A stretch of 64,000 bases of DNA from the NCBI GenBank assembly GCA_963514005.1, contig OY740784.1, forward strand, positions 94,054,001 through 94,118,000. Reading direction: 5' to 3'. Positions 50,446 to 63,258 of this stretch are shown piece after piece (positions within the stretch are counted from its first letter, which is position 1; every line of letters starts with the position of its first letter). The notes below the pieces were generated by a model. That model had not been told where the DNA came from. It did not search any database and saw nothing but the letters and a program-made list of their open reading frames with translations. A program made the translations under genes and the position numbers. This stretch comes from Raja brachyura (lineage: Eukaryota).

Positions 50446-52151
50446 ATTTTCTCCATTTCCAACCACCTCCACATCCTTGGAGGAGAGTTACTTCTTTACT
50501 GTTTTGTATTTGTGCATAAACCATATATGTTTAAAATTGTAATTCTGACAGGCACATTCTGCTTGCAGAATATTTGCATTAGCCTCAGTATCACACAGGG
50601 TTATATACATTTCCATAAGAAAACTGAATCTGGTAACATATACTCAGAGCAGACTTTATTTTACAATTAGTGGGTATTTGCAGTCGGCATTTAGCGCAGC
50701 CGTTATCTCCAAACCCGATCTAAATAGCAGTAAATAGCAGGAGCCGGCTTTTAAAGCAGCCCTTATCTCCCGATCCGATCTAAATCGGAAACTGCGGTTC
50801 CAGCGCGTTCTATTCAATTACCGCAGTTTAAAATGCTTTCACTCTGGCTGACTCCGTATTTCGATCCAGAGTTACAGAGTTTTTAATTTATTTTTAAATA
50901 CATCAGCACTCTAGTTGGCTCTGCAGACTTACAGAGTTTAAAAACACTAGCAAGAAAGTTCAACAGTGACTTACCTGCGGGTTAAACTTACCGCTGGTGG
51001 GAGCTGCGCTCTCCACCCTGTCGGTGCCACATGCGTCAGCGTAATGCCGAGCACGCGCCTGGCGGGGCTTCTTCACGTAGTGACTCACGTGACTCCGAAG
51101 TAAAATAGGGGGGATACATAGAAATGTGATTCCATGAGATGAGCGCATGCAGGAGGGGAAAGGTTCAGGCTGACCAAGAAGAATATGAGATGCTGTTCTT
51201 CTAGATTATGGAGGAGGTCAAGTAGTGAAATATCGGTATGCCGAATGGTCAATAGGTGAATCTGCATGGTGTAACAAAGGTAATGAAAATGTACAGTCTG
51301 AGTGGTTGACATTTATTGTTGACAGAGACATTTAACAGTGAAATAAACTGAAAACATTTTTTTTCCAAGTATGCTTTCAAGGATATTTTTTGGTTCTTAT
51401 CAGTTGCAAAATTTAATTAAGATTTTAAAATCAATTCCTGAACATATGCTCATGTTTCCTGCCATGAAAGGAAAGTGGGTAAAATAGATATCTCAGGCTG
51501 AGATCAATACATTTTTGAATGCTAAGCGAATCAAGAGATAATATGATTGACCTGGAAAGTAAATTTGACGAACAGGATCAATTTTAAACTTAATGAGTGG
51601 CAGAACAGGTGGTCTATGATTGTCTAGATTTCTGGTATTCTTATATTTTTTAACACAATCTCTCATTTTACCATAACAATGAGAAATATTTGTTATAATG
51701 GAGTCATTTTTGTAATTGATATATTCCCTAGTTAAATATAGGGCTACTACACAAATGCTATCTGCGACCAGATTGTTCACAATCTTGGCATTTTAACGAG
51801 ACAGGCAGGTTGAGTTAAGTAATTTTTATTGGCAAACAAAAACGATAATTAATCTCAGTACACGCGTGCCTGGTCTGCTAACACTCTAATAGCTCCTGCT
51901 GCTGGGAGGAGCACTGACGACTGACTCGAAAAGCCCACGAATGAACCCTCGCAGTGAGGTGATGGAACCAACCAATGACAAGGGTTCGAACTTCCCCAAA
52001 CCACCACTAGGTGCCACTACCGAACCCCCCCCCCCCAGAACCCGAGTCAATGAACCGAGTGGAAGGCTGAATGAGGTGTCCAAGCTGAGTGGAGACCAGA
52101 GAAACTGGCACAACCGGCGGTACAGGATAAACTGGTGGAACAGAGCCAGCA

Positions 52152-53098
52152 GGATTGGATTGGATTGGATTCTTTATTTGTCATTTAGACCTTTCGGTCT
52201 GAACGAAACTCTGTTCCCTGCAGTCATACATATAATTAAAAATAAATAAGTAAATAATGACAGAACACACAATAAACATCCACCACAGTGAGTTCACCAA
52301 ACATCTCCTCACTGTGATGGAAGGCAAAAAGTCTTAGAGTCTGTGTCTCTTCCCTCTTTTTTTCCCTCTGCGCCGAGGCGATCCAGGCCTCCGCTGCCGC
52401 CGCCACCGCTGGAACCGCTCCAGGAGTCGGGCCACCGCCGCCGCTACTGCCGCCGCTGGAACCCCACCGGGAGTCAAGTCGCCGCTGCCGCTACAGCCGC
52501 TGAAACCGCCCCGGGAGCCGGGCCACCGCTGCTGTTGCTGCCGCCGCCGCCGGAACCCCACCGGGAGCCGGGCCACCGCTGCTGCTGCTGCCGCCGCCGC
52601 CGCCGGAACCCCACCGGGAGCCGGGCCACCGCTGCTGCTGCCGCCGCCGCCGCCGGAACCCCACCGGGAGCCGGGCCACCGCTGCTGCTGCCGCCGCCGC
52701 CGCCGGAACCCCACCGGGAGCCGGTCCACCGCTGCTGCTGCTGCCGCCGCCTGAACCACTCCGGGAGTCGGGCCGCCGCTGCTGCTGCTGCCGCCGCCGC
52801 TGGAACCGGTCCGGGACGGGGGTCGGGTCGCCGCCACTGGAACAGCCCCGGGGCCCGAGGCCGCCAGCTCTGCCATTAGGCCTCAGCGCAGACGGAGACA
52901 GGGGATACAACACAAAAAAAATTGCACCCCCACCCAGAAGGAAGAGACCCGGACATGTTACTCCCCCCCCACCCACATACACACGCAATCTAACAAAACA
53001 AACGAACCCCACTAAGAACAGGACAGAAAAAAAAAATTAATAAAATAACAGACGGACTGCAGGCGGGCCGCAGCTGTTAGACCAGCGCCGCCATCTAA
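52152..53098 (-). mobile_element. Apparently full-length GC-rich non-autonomous retroposon inserted in the Gypsy element
   Basis: Minus strand starts agatggcggcgctgg...gctgcggcccgcctgcagtccgtctg and ends aataaa followed by an (atcca)n tail. Confidence 0.8.
52390..52855. repeat. GC-rich minisatellite: ~10 units of ~44-53 bp with variable (GCT)n(GCC)n tracts
   Basis: The unit ggaaccccaccgggagccgggccacc recurs at about 52411, 52458, 52502, 52552, 52605, 52655, 52705, 52753 and 52802. Confidence 0.92.
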
Positions 53099-56000
53099 GT
53101 CACGGGGAAACAGGCACAACAGATGCAATAGGTGCAACAGGCACAGCCAGCGGACAACCTCTATGCTGGGGTTGAGCCACTACCACCGGGTTATCGACAT
53201 CCAGATGGGCGGGCTTGAGGCGAGCCACGGAAATAATCTCCTCCCGACTCCCGACATCCAACAGAAAAGTTGTGACGCTGAGCTGCAACACCCGGAAAGG
53301 ACCCTCATAAGTCCGCTGCAGCAGAGTCTGGTACGAGTCCCTGCGAATCAACACAGACAGGCAGTCCTTAACCCCATGTCGAGAGGTTGGAACAGGAGCC
53401 AGGCCGCCCACTTTCTCCTGGAGATTCGCCAACACAGACGAAGCGGGCTCCTGCTGCCCCCGACCTGCAGGTAGGAAATCCCCAGGCACCCGCAGCGGGG
53501 CGCTATACACGAGCTCAGCGGACGACATGTCCAAATCTGTCTTCGGGGCCATGCGGATCCCCAGCAACACCCAAGGCAATTGGTCCACCCAGTCCGGGCC
53601 CGCAGGCTGCGCCTTCAGTGCCGACTTCAAATGCACATGGAAACTTTGACCAAACCGTTGGCCTGAGGATCATAGGCGGTGGGGTGATGCAGCTGCATCC
53701 CATACAGCTGTTCCAGAGCCAACCACAAAGCCAAAGGAAACTGTTAGTGGAGATGTCCGCAGGTACACTAAAACGAGCCACCCAGTGGGCCGCGAGGGCC
53801 AGAGCACAAGACGCGGTGGAGGTGTCAAAGAGTGGAATGGCCTCTGGCCACTTCGTAGCACCGCGAGACATTGTTAGGACGCGGCTTCCCAGTGGAAATG
53901 TCACAGACGACCGTCACACCTGTAGGACCGAACGGAACATTGGCCAATACCAATCCCGACGCTGCAGTCCAATAGGCATCCATCTCACCACCCTCACATT
54001 GCGCAGCAGCCAGCCCAGAATAGTCCATGCCCAGGTCCACGGAAAATACGGCAAGGGACTGCAGGGCAAGACAAAGCATTCGCGACCAGGTTCAGCTTGC
54101 CCCCCACGTGCTGGTCATCGGTGGTGTACTCGGAGACAAACCCCAGGTGCCGCTGTTGCCGAGCTGGCCAGGGGTCGGACACCTTTGTAAACGCAAACTT
54201 TAGGGGCTTGTGGTCCGTGAACACCGTGAAAGGCTTGCTCTCGAGGAAATGACGGACCACCAAATAAAGGGCCAGGAGCTCTCAATTAAACGTGCCGTAT
54301 GCTCTGCTCCCGAGGACGCAGGTGTCGGCTGAAAAAAGCAAGCAGTTGCCAGCATCTGTGACAGCGGTATCGGAGGCATCCACGGTGAGGGTGGGAGGAG
54401 CAGCAGCACGTGGGTGCACCAGCATGGTGGCCTTGGACAGCGCCTCCTTAGTACCGTCGAAAGCAGCCGCGTCTCAGCTCATATCCGGGCCGCTGTCTCA
54501 GACATTATCCGGGCCGCCGACACGAAACGATGATAGAAATTCACCATTCACTCCTGTTAGTGAGTGATGGTGAGTGCCGAGGAAACTGCCAAATTGCCCC
54601 CACCTTAGTGGGAAGAGGTGCAGCACCCTGTGAGGTGACATGGTGTCCCAGGAAGGAAATAGAGCGGAGCCCAAACTGACATTTGTCGGGGTTGATAACC
54701 AGCCCTTGATCCTTAAGCTACAGCACCCGTAGGTGCGCGCAGTGTTCCTGGTGGGAGCGGCTGGTGACCAGAATGTCATCCAAGTACACAAACACGAAAT
54801 CCAACCGTCAACCCACCATATCCATGAACCACTGGAAAGCCTGCGTGGCGTTCTTCAACCCGAACGGCAACCGCAGCCACTCAGATAGGCCGAACAGGGT
54901 GATGATGGCGGTCTTGGGCACATCATTGGCGTGGACGTGAATCTGGTGGTAGCCGCGCACCAGATCCACCTTGGAAAAGATGGTAGCACCGTCCAAGTGG
55001 GCCGTGAAGTCCTGAATGTGCGGAACTGGAGAGCGAACCGTAGTCGTGACAGGGTCTCCACCCCCTAGATGATTTAGGGACTATATGTAATGGGGATGCC
55101 CATGGGCTGCTTGAGCGCTGCACAATCCCCATGTCCTCCATTTGTCGACACTCCTCCTTGGCGAGACGTAGCTTGTCGGGCGGGTGCCTGCACATCCGTG
55201 CATGCATTTGGGGGCTGGCAGTAAGAATATGATGGACCACCCCGTGCTTAGGGGTGGCCGTGTGACAACGAAAGGTCAGAAGCTCTGGGAAATCAGCCAG
55301 TATGGGAGCATTTGCCCCGCCCACATCCGTCACAGATCCGAGGTGTGGGTCGGAGGGAACTGCGGCCTGCGGGGGCGCGGGCCAGGGGGACTCCGGAGGA
55401 ACAAGGCACCGGCCCAGCACGTGTACCAGTAGGGAAAAAGCCCCGCAGAAAATCGGCTCCCAGCAATGGCCGGGAAATATCCGCAATAGTAAAGGCGCAC
55501 GAGTAACAGCGGGAGTCGAGGACGAGGGAAAGGGTCCGAGTGCCATAGGTGCGGAGGGGGCTCCCGTTGATGGCGGTGAGGGTGGGGCCATACATACCAG
55601 CACAAGTATTGCGCCCAGATGGAGGAATGATGCTCAGCTCAGCACGAGAAGTCCTTCCTGGTGGACACCGGGGCAGAGCTTATGTCCATCCATAAGAGTG
55701 AGCATCTCACTCATCGGTGCGGACGGCTTAGGATCGCCAAGGCCGTCCATGTGTAACAGGTGGGATGCGCGACCGCAGCGACTGAGCCCGAAAGTGCGGA
55801 GCAGCAGAGCCTTGAGACCTTCGTACTTGCCAAACGCAGGTGGATTTTGTAGGTACGGCAGCAATCGGGTGGCAGTCTCTTGACCGAGCAGCCCCACCAC
55901 GTAGAAATAATAGGCGGCATCCACAACGATGTTGCTGAGTTTGAATTGAGCTTCAATGTGGGCGAACAACACTTGAGGCTGTACCGCCAAGAAAACAGGA

Positions 56001-58014
56001 AGTTTCAGGGCAACCGCGTTTTGCTGGGCGGGCTTGGCGGGCTTTGCGTCGAGGTTTTCGGCGGCATTCATTTTAAAGATCCAAAAAACATTCGGACCTG
56101 CGGGGTCATCACTTTAGCGAGACGGGCAGGTTGAGTTAAATAATTTTTATTGGCAAACAAAAATGATAATTAAACTAAGTACACACGTGCCTCGTCTGCT
56201 AACACTGCAATAGTTCCTGCTGCTGGGCGGCCCTCGTGGTCATGTGATGAAGCCAACCAATGATGAGGGTTCGAACCTCCCCAAACCACCACTAGGTGCC
56301 ACTACGGCATCCTATTTAATGTTTAGCTGTGCTTCAGATCTCATATCTTCTGCATCAAATTCATTGTATTTTTTCAGTCTCCACAATAGTACCCATTTCC
56401 TGTCCTGTCTCTGCCTGATTGCTACTGAAACTTTTATGTATGTTCCTATTTTGCCAGACCACTACTCCAATGCTCTCTCCGCTGGGTGTTCAGCTTCCAT
56501 TCTTCATTAACATGAACGCTTTACTGCTTATATCCTCATTTTCAGCACAATTTGGTTCACCCATCATCTTAGCTGGTTGCTTTGTCTCTAGTTTTTTGTG
56601 GGTCTGAGGTGGCTGGTGAGGCCAATTTTGGAATGACAGACTTTTCAACAGATAGGGGAGGTGATGGGCGAAGGATGCATATGTGGGTAACTTGTCTTCT
56701 GTGCCAGCCAGGTTCAACTGCACATTCATCAATACTTCTGTTTGAGCGTTTTCATCTCGTTCAAATTCTTCCCTAATTTAACTCCTTCCCATCATTGCGG
56801 ATTCCCGAAGCTCAATAAACTTCCAAATTCAAGTGTTCTCCCATGTTATTTTGTCTCCCAATTAGCAGCTGCACCCTCCAGATATCCATGCTATAAATGT
56901 TAGTTATCAGCTAACTGGGCTTCAGTCAGTTAATTCAATGCACGTTTCTTGAAAAAGAAATGTTGGCTCCACCGTGAAAGCATTAACTCAGTTATTTGGA
57001 TCAGTACCCGGTGATTCACGTGACTGTTTCTCATGGCTATTTCTATGTAATGATCATCTTCAGTTTATTCGCATCCATCCATCCATCCATCCACAAACAC
57101 AAAGTTCAACGGCAAATTCTTCAACTTAAATTTTCCTTACAATTGGTTAATCTTTGTTTTAACGTGATTCAAAAGCATTTTTAAAGGGTTATTCAGGCTC
57201 AAGAATGGATTAAGTAGGATTATTGGCTTTTTTTCTGCTGAGCCAAAGTTGACATTTATAATACTAAAAATAATAGGCAATAGAACATAGAAACTGCAAC
57301 ACAATTAATAGGGAAAAGAATCCTTTACAGATGTTCACCATCTTCACTACAGGCCTAAAGCTTTTTAGAATTTAGAATTTATATTAAAGAAAAACATGAT
57401 TATCTTTCATTATGAGAATATCATTGGCTAAATCACCTCTGTGCCCAGAGCTGATTTCTAATGAATATATTATAGGTTGCAAAGATTTTATTGGTTTGAC
57501 CTTTTAAAATGGAGAAACCATGCCTCGTTCATGATTAAGTCTCTGCAGGTTGATTTTGTAGTGCGTTAACACTATTCTCCTTCCTTTGTGCATAGAATTC
57601 TATTGTTATGTGTATTTGTTTTTCAGTACTGTATGAAAGTAAGGGAAAGGCAATTTTCTGCATGCATTCATTCTGAATTAAGGTGATATATTTGGTCATC
57701 GTTGAAATACAGAAATGATTTGCTAAAAGAATGTGACAATCGCAAACTGCTGTTACAAAAGCCTGGGATAAACTGAAATTTTCATTAAGCTGGTTATTGC
57801 TCATTTGCTTCATGTCAAGTACATTTTGAATTAATCATTATGAAAATACATTACAACTATTCATATTATGTTGAAAACATGTTACCACAGATTAATTTTA
57901 CTAATACACTGAGGATTTTATTCTCTGGTCACTCTATTTTTAAAAATTGCATCATGTTTTTGCAGTGAACACATCGATCAATATTATTAATATTTGAGCT
58001 ATTTCGTTGGTTTG

Positions 58015-58290
58015 CGGGTGCAGGAACCTTGATTTGACTCTGCGTAGAGCTTGCAAGTTGTAAACACATGGGTTTCTTCTGTGGGTTCTGGATTCCTCGC
58101 ATATCCTGAAATGTGTACTTTGTGGGCAATTTGTAACTGTAAGTTACCCATCAATGGAAGGAAAGAGCTGATGACTATGGGAGGGAGAGAATAAATTGTA
58201 GGGGATAAGTAGAGGAATGCGACTAGTAACATTGCTCCTCCTCCAGGGGTCTGCATGGACATGACGAAACAAATGGTTAACTATAATTTT
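58015..58290 (+). mobile_element. Old degraded HE1-like SINE
   Basis: gggtttcttc.gtgggttctgg.ttcctcgcatatcc and ttgtaactgtaagttaccc blocks. Confidence 0.55.
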
Positions 58291-58994
58291 GAGTTATAGA
58301 TTGGATGAAATGTGCCATTCAACATTAGATTTAAATGAGATATTATTGGAAAAGACCTCCTCAAGGAAAAGTGACAATCACACCCTTGAACAAAGACAAT
58401 ATAAATATGTATCAATAATTGAAGTGATGAAGAACAGAAGAAGCTTCATAGAGTCAAACAGCATGGACACAGATCCTTCAGTGCAACTCTCCATGCCGAC
58501 CAACATGTGCCATCTAAGCTAGTCCCAATTGGCCGCATTTGGCCCACATCAGTCTGAACCTTTCCTTTCCGTGTACCTGTCCAAAAGTATTTTAAGTGAT
58601 GTTATTGTTCTTGCCTCTCCTACTTCCTCTGAGAGAAACAAAACACTATAGATGCTGGAGTCTTGAGCAAAACTCATAATGCTGGTCAGGCAGGCAGGCA
58701 GTCTGGTCTGGCATGGGGTCCAATGGAAGTTACTTAACTGGGTGCAGAACGTATCTGAAGATGGGGCCCAACGTGAAATGTCAAGTGTCGATTCCCTTCA
58801 AAGATGCTGCCTGACCCACCGTGTTCCTCCAGCACTTTGTGTTTTACTTCCCTTAAGTTCCATTTATGTTCCATTAACCACCACCTTTCAAGGTGAAAAT
58901 GTTGCCCAATGGGTTCCTACTAAATCTTTCTGCTCTCACCTTCAACTTAAGCCCTCTGGTTCTTGATTCCACTATTGGAGAAAATATACTCATC

Positions 58995-59750
58995 CATATA
59001 ACCAGATAACCATATAACAATTACAGCACGGAAACAGGCCTTCTCGGCCCTTCCAGTCCGTGCCGACCATTTATTTTCCCCTTGTCCCATCTACCTGCAC
59101 TCAGACCATACCCCTCCATTCCCTTCCCGTCCATATACCTATCCACTTTGCTTTTAAATGTTAAAATCGATCCTGCCTCCACCACTTCTGCAGGAAGATC
59201 TTTCCACACAGCCACCACTCTCTGAGTAAAGAAGTTCCCCCTCATGTTACCCCTAAACATCTGTCCTTTAATTCTCATGTCATGCCCTCTTGTTTGAATC
59301 TTTTCTACCCTCAATGGGAAAAGCTTATCCACGTCAACTCTATCCCTTTCATCATTTTAAAGACCTCAATCAAGTCCCCCCTTAACCTTCTGCGCTCCAA
59401 AGAATAAAGACCTAACTTGTTCAACCTTTCTCTGTAACTTAGTTGCTGGAACCCAGGCAACGTTCTAGTAAATCTCCTCTGTACTCTCTCTATTTTGTTG
59501 ACATCCTTCCTATAATTAGGCGACCAAAATTGTACACCATACTCCAGGATTGGTCTTACCAATGCCTTGTACAATTTTAACATTACTTCCCTACTCCTAT
59601 ATTCAATGCTCTGATTTATAAAGGCCAGCACACCAAAAGCTTTCTTTACCACCCTATCTACATGCGATTCCACCTTCAGGGAACTATGCACAGTTATTCC
59701 TAGAACCCTGTTCCACAGCATTCCTCAATTCCCTACCATTTACCATGTAA
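58995..59750 (-). mobile_element. CR1 LINE 3' part of a second subfamily, with an (accatata)n tail on the + strand
   Basis: ORFs 59311..59721(-) and 59021..59332(-): LVRPILEYGVQFWSP, TRGHDMRIKG. Confidence 0.9.
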
Positions 59751-59759
59751 TACATCCAA

Positions 59760-61320
59760 TGCATTCATCCTATCCAGTCACCTCATGATTCTGTACACTT
59801 CAATAAGATTATTCCTTAGACTCCTGCACTCCAAGAAATAAAGTCCTAGCCTGCAACCTCCCCCAACAGCTCAGGACTGCATGTCCTGGTAACATTCTCG
59901 TAAATCCACTCTGCACTCTGCTCAGCTTAATAACATTTTTCATATAACAGGATGACCAAAACTAAACAAATGCTGTAAGTGGGGCCTCAGCAATGTCTAG
60001 TACAACTGTAACATAACGTCCCAATTCCGGGACTGATGAAGACCAACATACCAAAAGCCTTTTCTGGTAATTTTCCCATCATAGATTTTAGGGTTATTGG
60101 TCTATAGGTCCCGAGTTTTCTTTGCAGCCCTTCTTAAATAGAGGTACAACCTTAGTTACCCTGTCTTCCGGCAGCTTAACAATGTCTAATGATGATGTAT
60201 ATATTTTCGGTCTGGGCTCTTGAAATGTCGTCCATAGCTACCCATGGTTTACTTGTATATACCTGAGCAGGTCCTAGAAATTTATCTACTTTCATATGTT
60301 TTAGAGTATCCAGCACTTCCTCAACTGCAAAATGAATTTTCCTCAATACGAGGAAACAAATATTAATTGAGGACCGTCTCCTGCAACACAACACATAGAT
60401 GATTACTTAAATGATTGTTTTCTGAGGGGCCTTATTCTCCCTCTAGTTACCCTTTTAGCCTTAATATACATAAAATCTCTTTGGGTTCTCCTTCATCTTA
60501 TCAACCAAAGTTATCGCCCTCCCTTTTTACCCTCCTGATATTGTTCTTATATATGCTCCTCAATCCCCTATATTTCTCCAGGATCTACACTTGATCCCAC
60601 CTGTCTATACCTGACCTATGAATCTTTATTTTTCTGTAACAGGGCCTCAATTTATCTTGTCATTCAATATTTGCAGCCATTTGCCCTTCATTCAAACTGA
60701 AACATACCTTGAATTCTCACTATCGTACTTTTAAAAACATCCCAATTTCAGCTTTTCCCTCTATATATTTCCAGAGAATTTTTTTTCCTGAACCTACTTG
60801 CCCAATGTCACCTCATCTAAGCCCGATGAACTATGGCAGTCTTAATTTATATCGGTAAAGTTAAAATTCCCTGTTTTGACAATCCTGGTAGGCTTGATCT
60901 GTCTGTAACCTCCTGGCACATTTGCTGCTCTTAACTCCCATTGACTATTTGAAGATCTATAGTATACTTCCAAAAGGGTGAACATCCCTTTTTTCCATTC
61001 ACTGATCCACCCAGCCTCACTAGATGATCCTTCAATAATGTAATCTTGGACCACAGCCATGATGTTCTCCTTTATCAATAAACTCTATATCACTTGTAGC
61101 ACCTATACCCTGGAACATTAAGCAGCTAGTCCTATCCTTCCCTTGGCCAAGGTTCTGTCATGTTGCTCCTGACTACCCTGTCTACTGAACTTGCTTTGTT
61201 TGATTACTATATGACCTCCCAGCCTCTCACCTGTCTCACTACTGCATTGGATCACATTCCCTTACCAATCTAACTTAAATCCTTCCAAACAGCACTGGGA
61301 AAACCTGTCTGCCAGGTTTA
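59760..61320 (-). mobile_element. Old, deleted CR1 fragments (RT C-terminus to endonuclease)
   Basis: KVDKFLGPAQVY, LLEVYYRSSNS and GNFNFTDIN remnants. Confidence 0.7.
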
Positions 61321-62290
61321 TGGTTTATGTGAAGCATAAGTACTGAGATTAGCCAACTAGTTAAAAAGGCCTCTTTGTGGATTGTGAAGTCAACTTAAAT
61401 GCTCTGATTGCTGTCTGAAGTGAATGTACACACTATAAGTATTTTAATGGGGTAGCATCTCTAGTTTTATAGTTCTGTATTATAATTTTCAGGGGTTGGG
61501 AATACCAGCAGCTGAAGGAAAACAAGGACAACTAAAGGGAATAGTTACATGCTTTTATAACTGTTTTGGTGAAGCTGGATTGCTGTCTCAAGCCTCCACC
61601 ATCCACTTGATTCCCTCACCATTGCAAAGACAACTGTGTTCACCGGGCTTGTGTCACAGAGTCATAGAATCATAGAGCTCTACAACATGGGAACACGTTC
61701 TTCAGCCCAAATTGTCCACGCCAACAAAGTTGTCTTTCTGGGCTTGTCCCAATTTCCCATTGGGCCTATATCCCTCTAAGTCCTTCCTGTTCATTGTGGT
61801 CAAGAATTGGGCTTCTACCTTATTGCACTCCCTGTATTAAGATTAGAACTCTAGAGTTCACATTCCCTTCTACCCAACCCTAACATGCAAAAGCAGGTAG
61901 GGAGCACCTTGAACCTCCCTTGGTGCTTCTGCATATTAATACAAATTCATTTCTGATGAGCAGCTAAGCCCATGGATGAGTATGACTTCCAAGCGAGAAA
62001 CTTGTAAGGCAGAATAGACACTTTCTGTAGATTTATAACTCTAGAGCCTGCCAAGAAAATCTGGCTTTCCAGGTGAACACTGGGTCCTGAACTTGTCGAA
62101 ATGCCCTATGTAATGATAGTCAGATAACAACTGCTGTTTAATGTTTTACACAACAAATTGACCCTGGGTGCATAGTAGATGCTGTGACTTTTATTGAGCA
62201 TGACCTCAAGAGAAGAGGGCCAGAGGAAGACAAAAAACAAGCATTATGCAAAAAATATAATTTTTGGAGAATAAGAACTGTATGTGTTGA

Positions 62291-62596
<306 letters not shown>

Positions 62597-63258
62597 TGAG
62601 ACAGTTGCCATAAAATAGGCACATTTATAATCCATCGCTGAGTAACTGACACAAAAAATATCTGCATGGTAAACTGGCCATGTTATCTACATTGCTTGTG
62701 ATAATAATGCCTGGGGAGATGTTGGGATCGACCCAATAGGGTCAACACAACACCTTTAGCTGAAGGTCTATTTTGTTCATTTTATGAAAATGACTTTGTC
62801 ATGTAAAATAACTCACACAGGGGTCGGAGGAGGAGAACCAGAATGGAGTTCAACATCTGATTGAAGCCCACAGTTTAGCAATCGTGTATCTATTGGAAAC
62901 GTGGTGCACCACCTGCTGAACAACATCAATACTTAGGTTATTTCTCTGAGGACTTGTAGAGTACATGGTGCATGTGTGTTGGATGATGATCATGTACACT
63001 GAAAACCAGTAATTTCATTTTTCTTATTGCAACATGTTGCTTCTGACCTCTAATAAAGGCAGAACAATCTAAAAACTGACATGAACAAAGTAGAAAATAT
63101 TACCTTTGCAGGTGATATTGAATTTCCTACACTTGTACTTTAAGTAAAGCATTGATATTCCATTTATAGAGTGTTTTCTGTAGATATTGACTTCCCCCCC
63201 ACAAAATTGGTCAGTTATCCCTTCCAGATTTCAGTTTTGAAGCATTTGTTTCTCAGCA

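Larger units (their letters stand above)
46122..51107 (-). mobile_element. DIRS-type tyrosine-recombinase retrotransposon; both termini and the ICR present, ORFs decayed
   Basis: ITR core at 46197-46225 is the inverse of 51050-51078. ICR at 46348-46460 is complementary to both ends. Internal order on the minus strand: gag, RT, RNase H (VQLQVDNTT), adenine-methylase-like region (SWEPDPGALAVDAF), YR. Confidence 0.93.
51792..56305 (-). mobile_element. Gypsy LTR retrotransposon with both LTRs, internally deleted and decayed
   Basis: LTRs at 51792-52020 and 56113-56305; TSD ggcat (51787-51791, 56306-56310). PBS-like tgatgaccccg (56101-56111, resembling a tRNA-Trp primer site) and a G-run PPT at 52025-52036. 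gag NAVALKLP; RT WASPLHIVPK, PFGLKNA, YLDD; RNase H TDHKPL; integrase LPWVLLGIR, YEGPFRV. Confidence 0.93.

Noticed and set aside
51393-51405. gttcttatcagtt match to U2
   Set aside because: Only 13 nt, with no flanking similarity.
52334-53012. Ala/Gly/Pro-rich ORFs of ~175 aa
   Set aside because: These are translations of the GCC/GCT minisatellite.
53387-54190. 267-aa plus-strand ORF
   Set aside because: It is the antisense shadow of GC-rich Gypsy pol.
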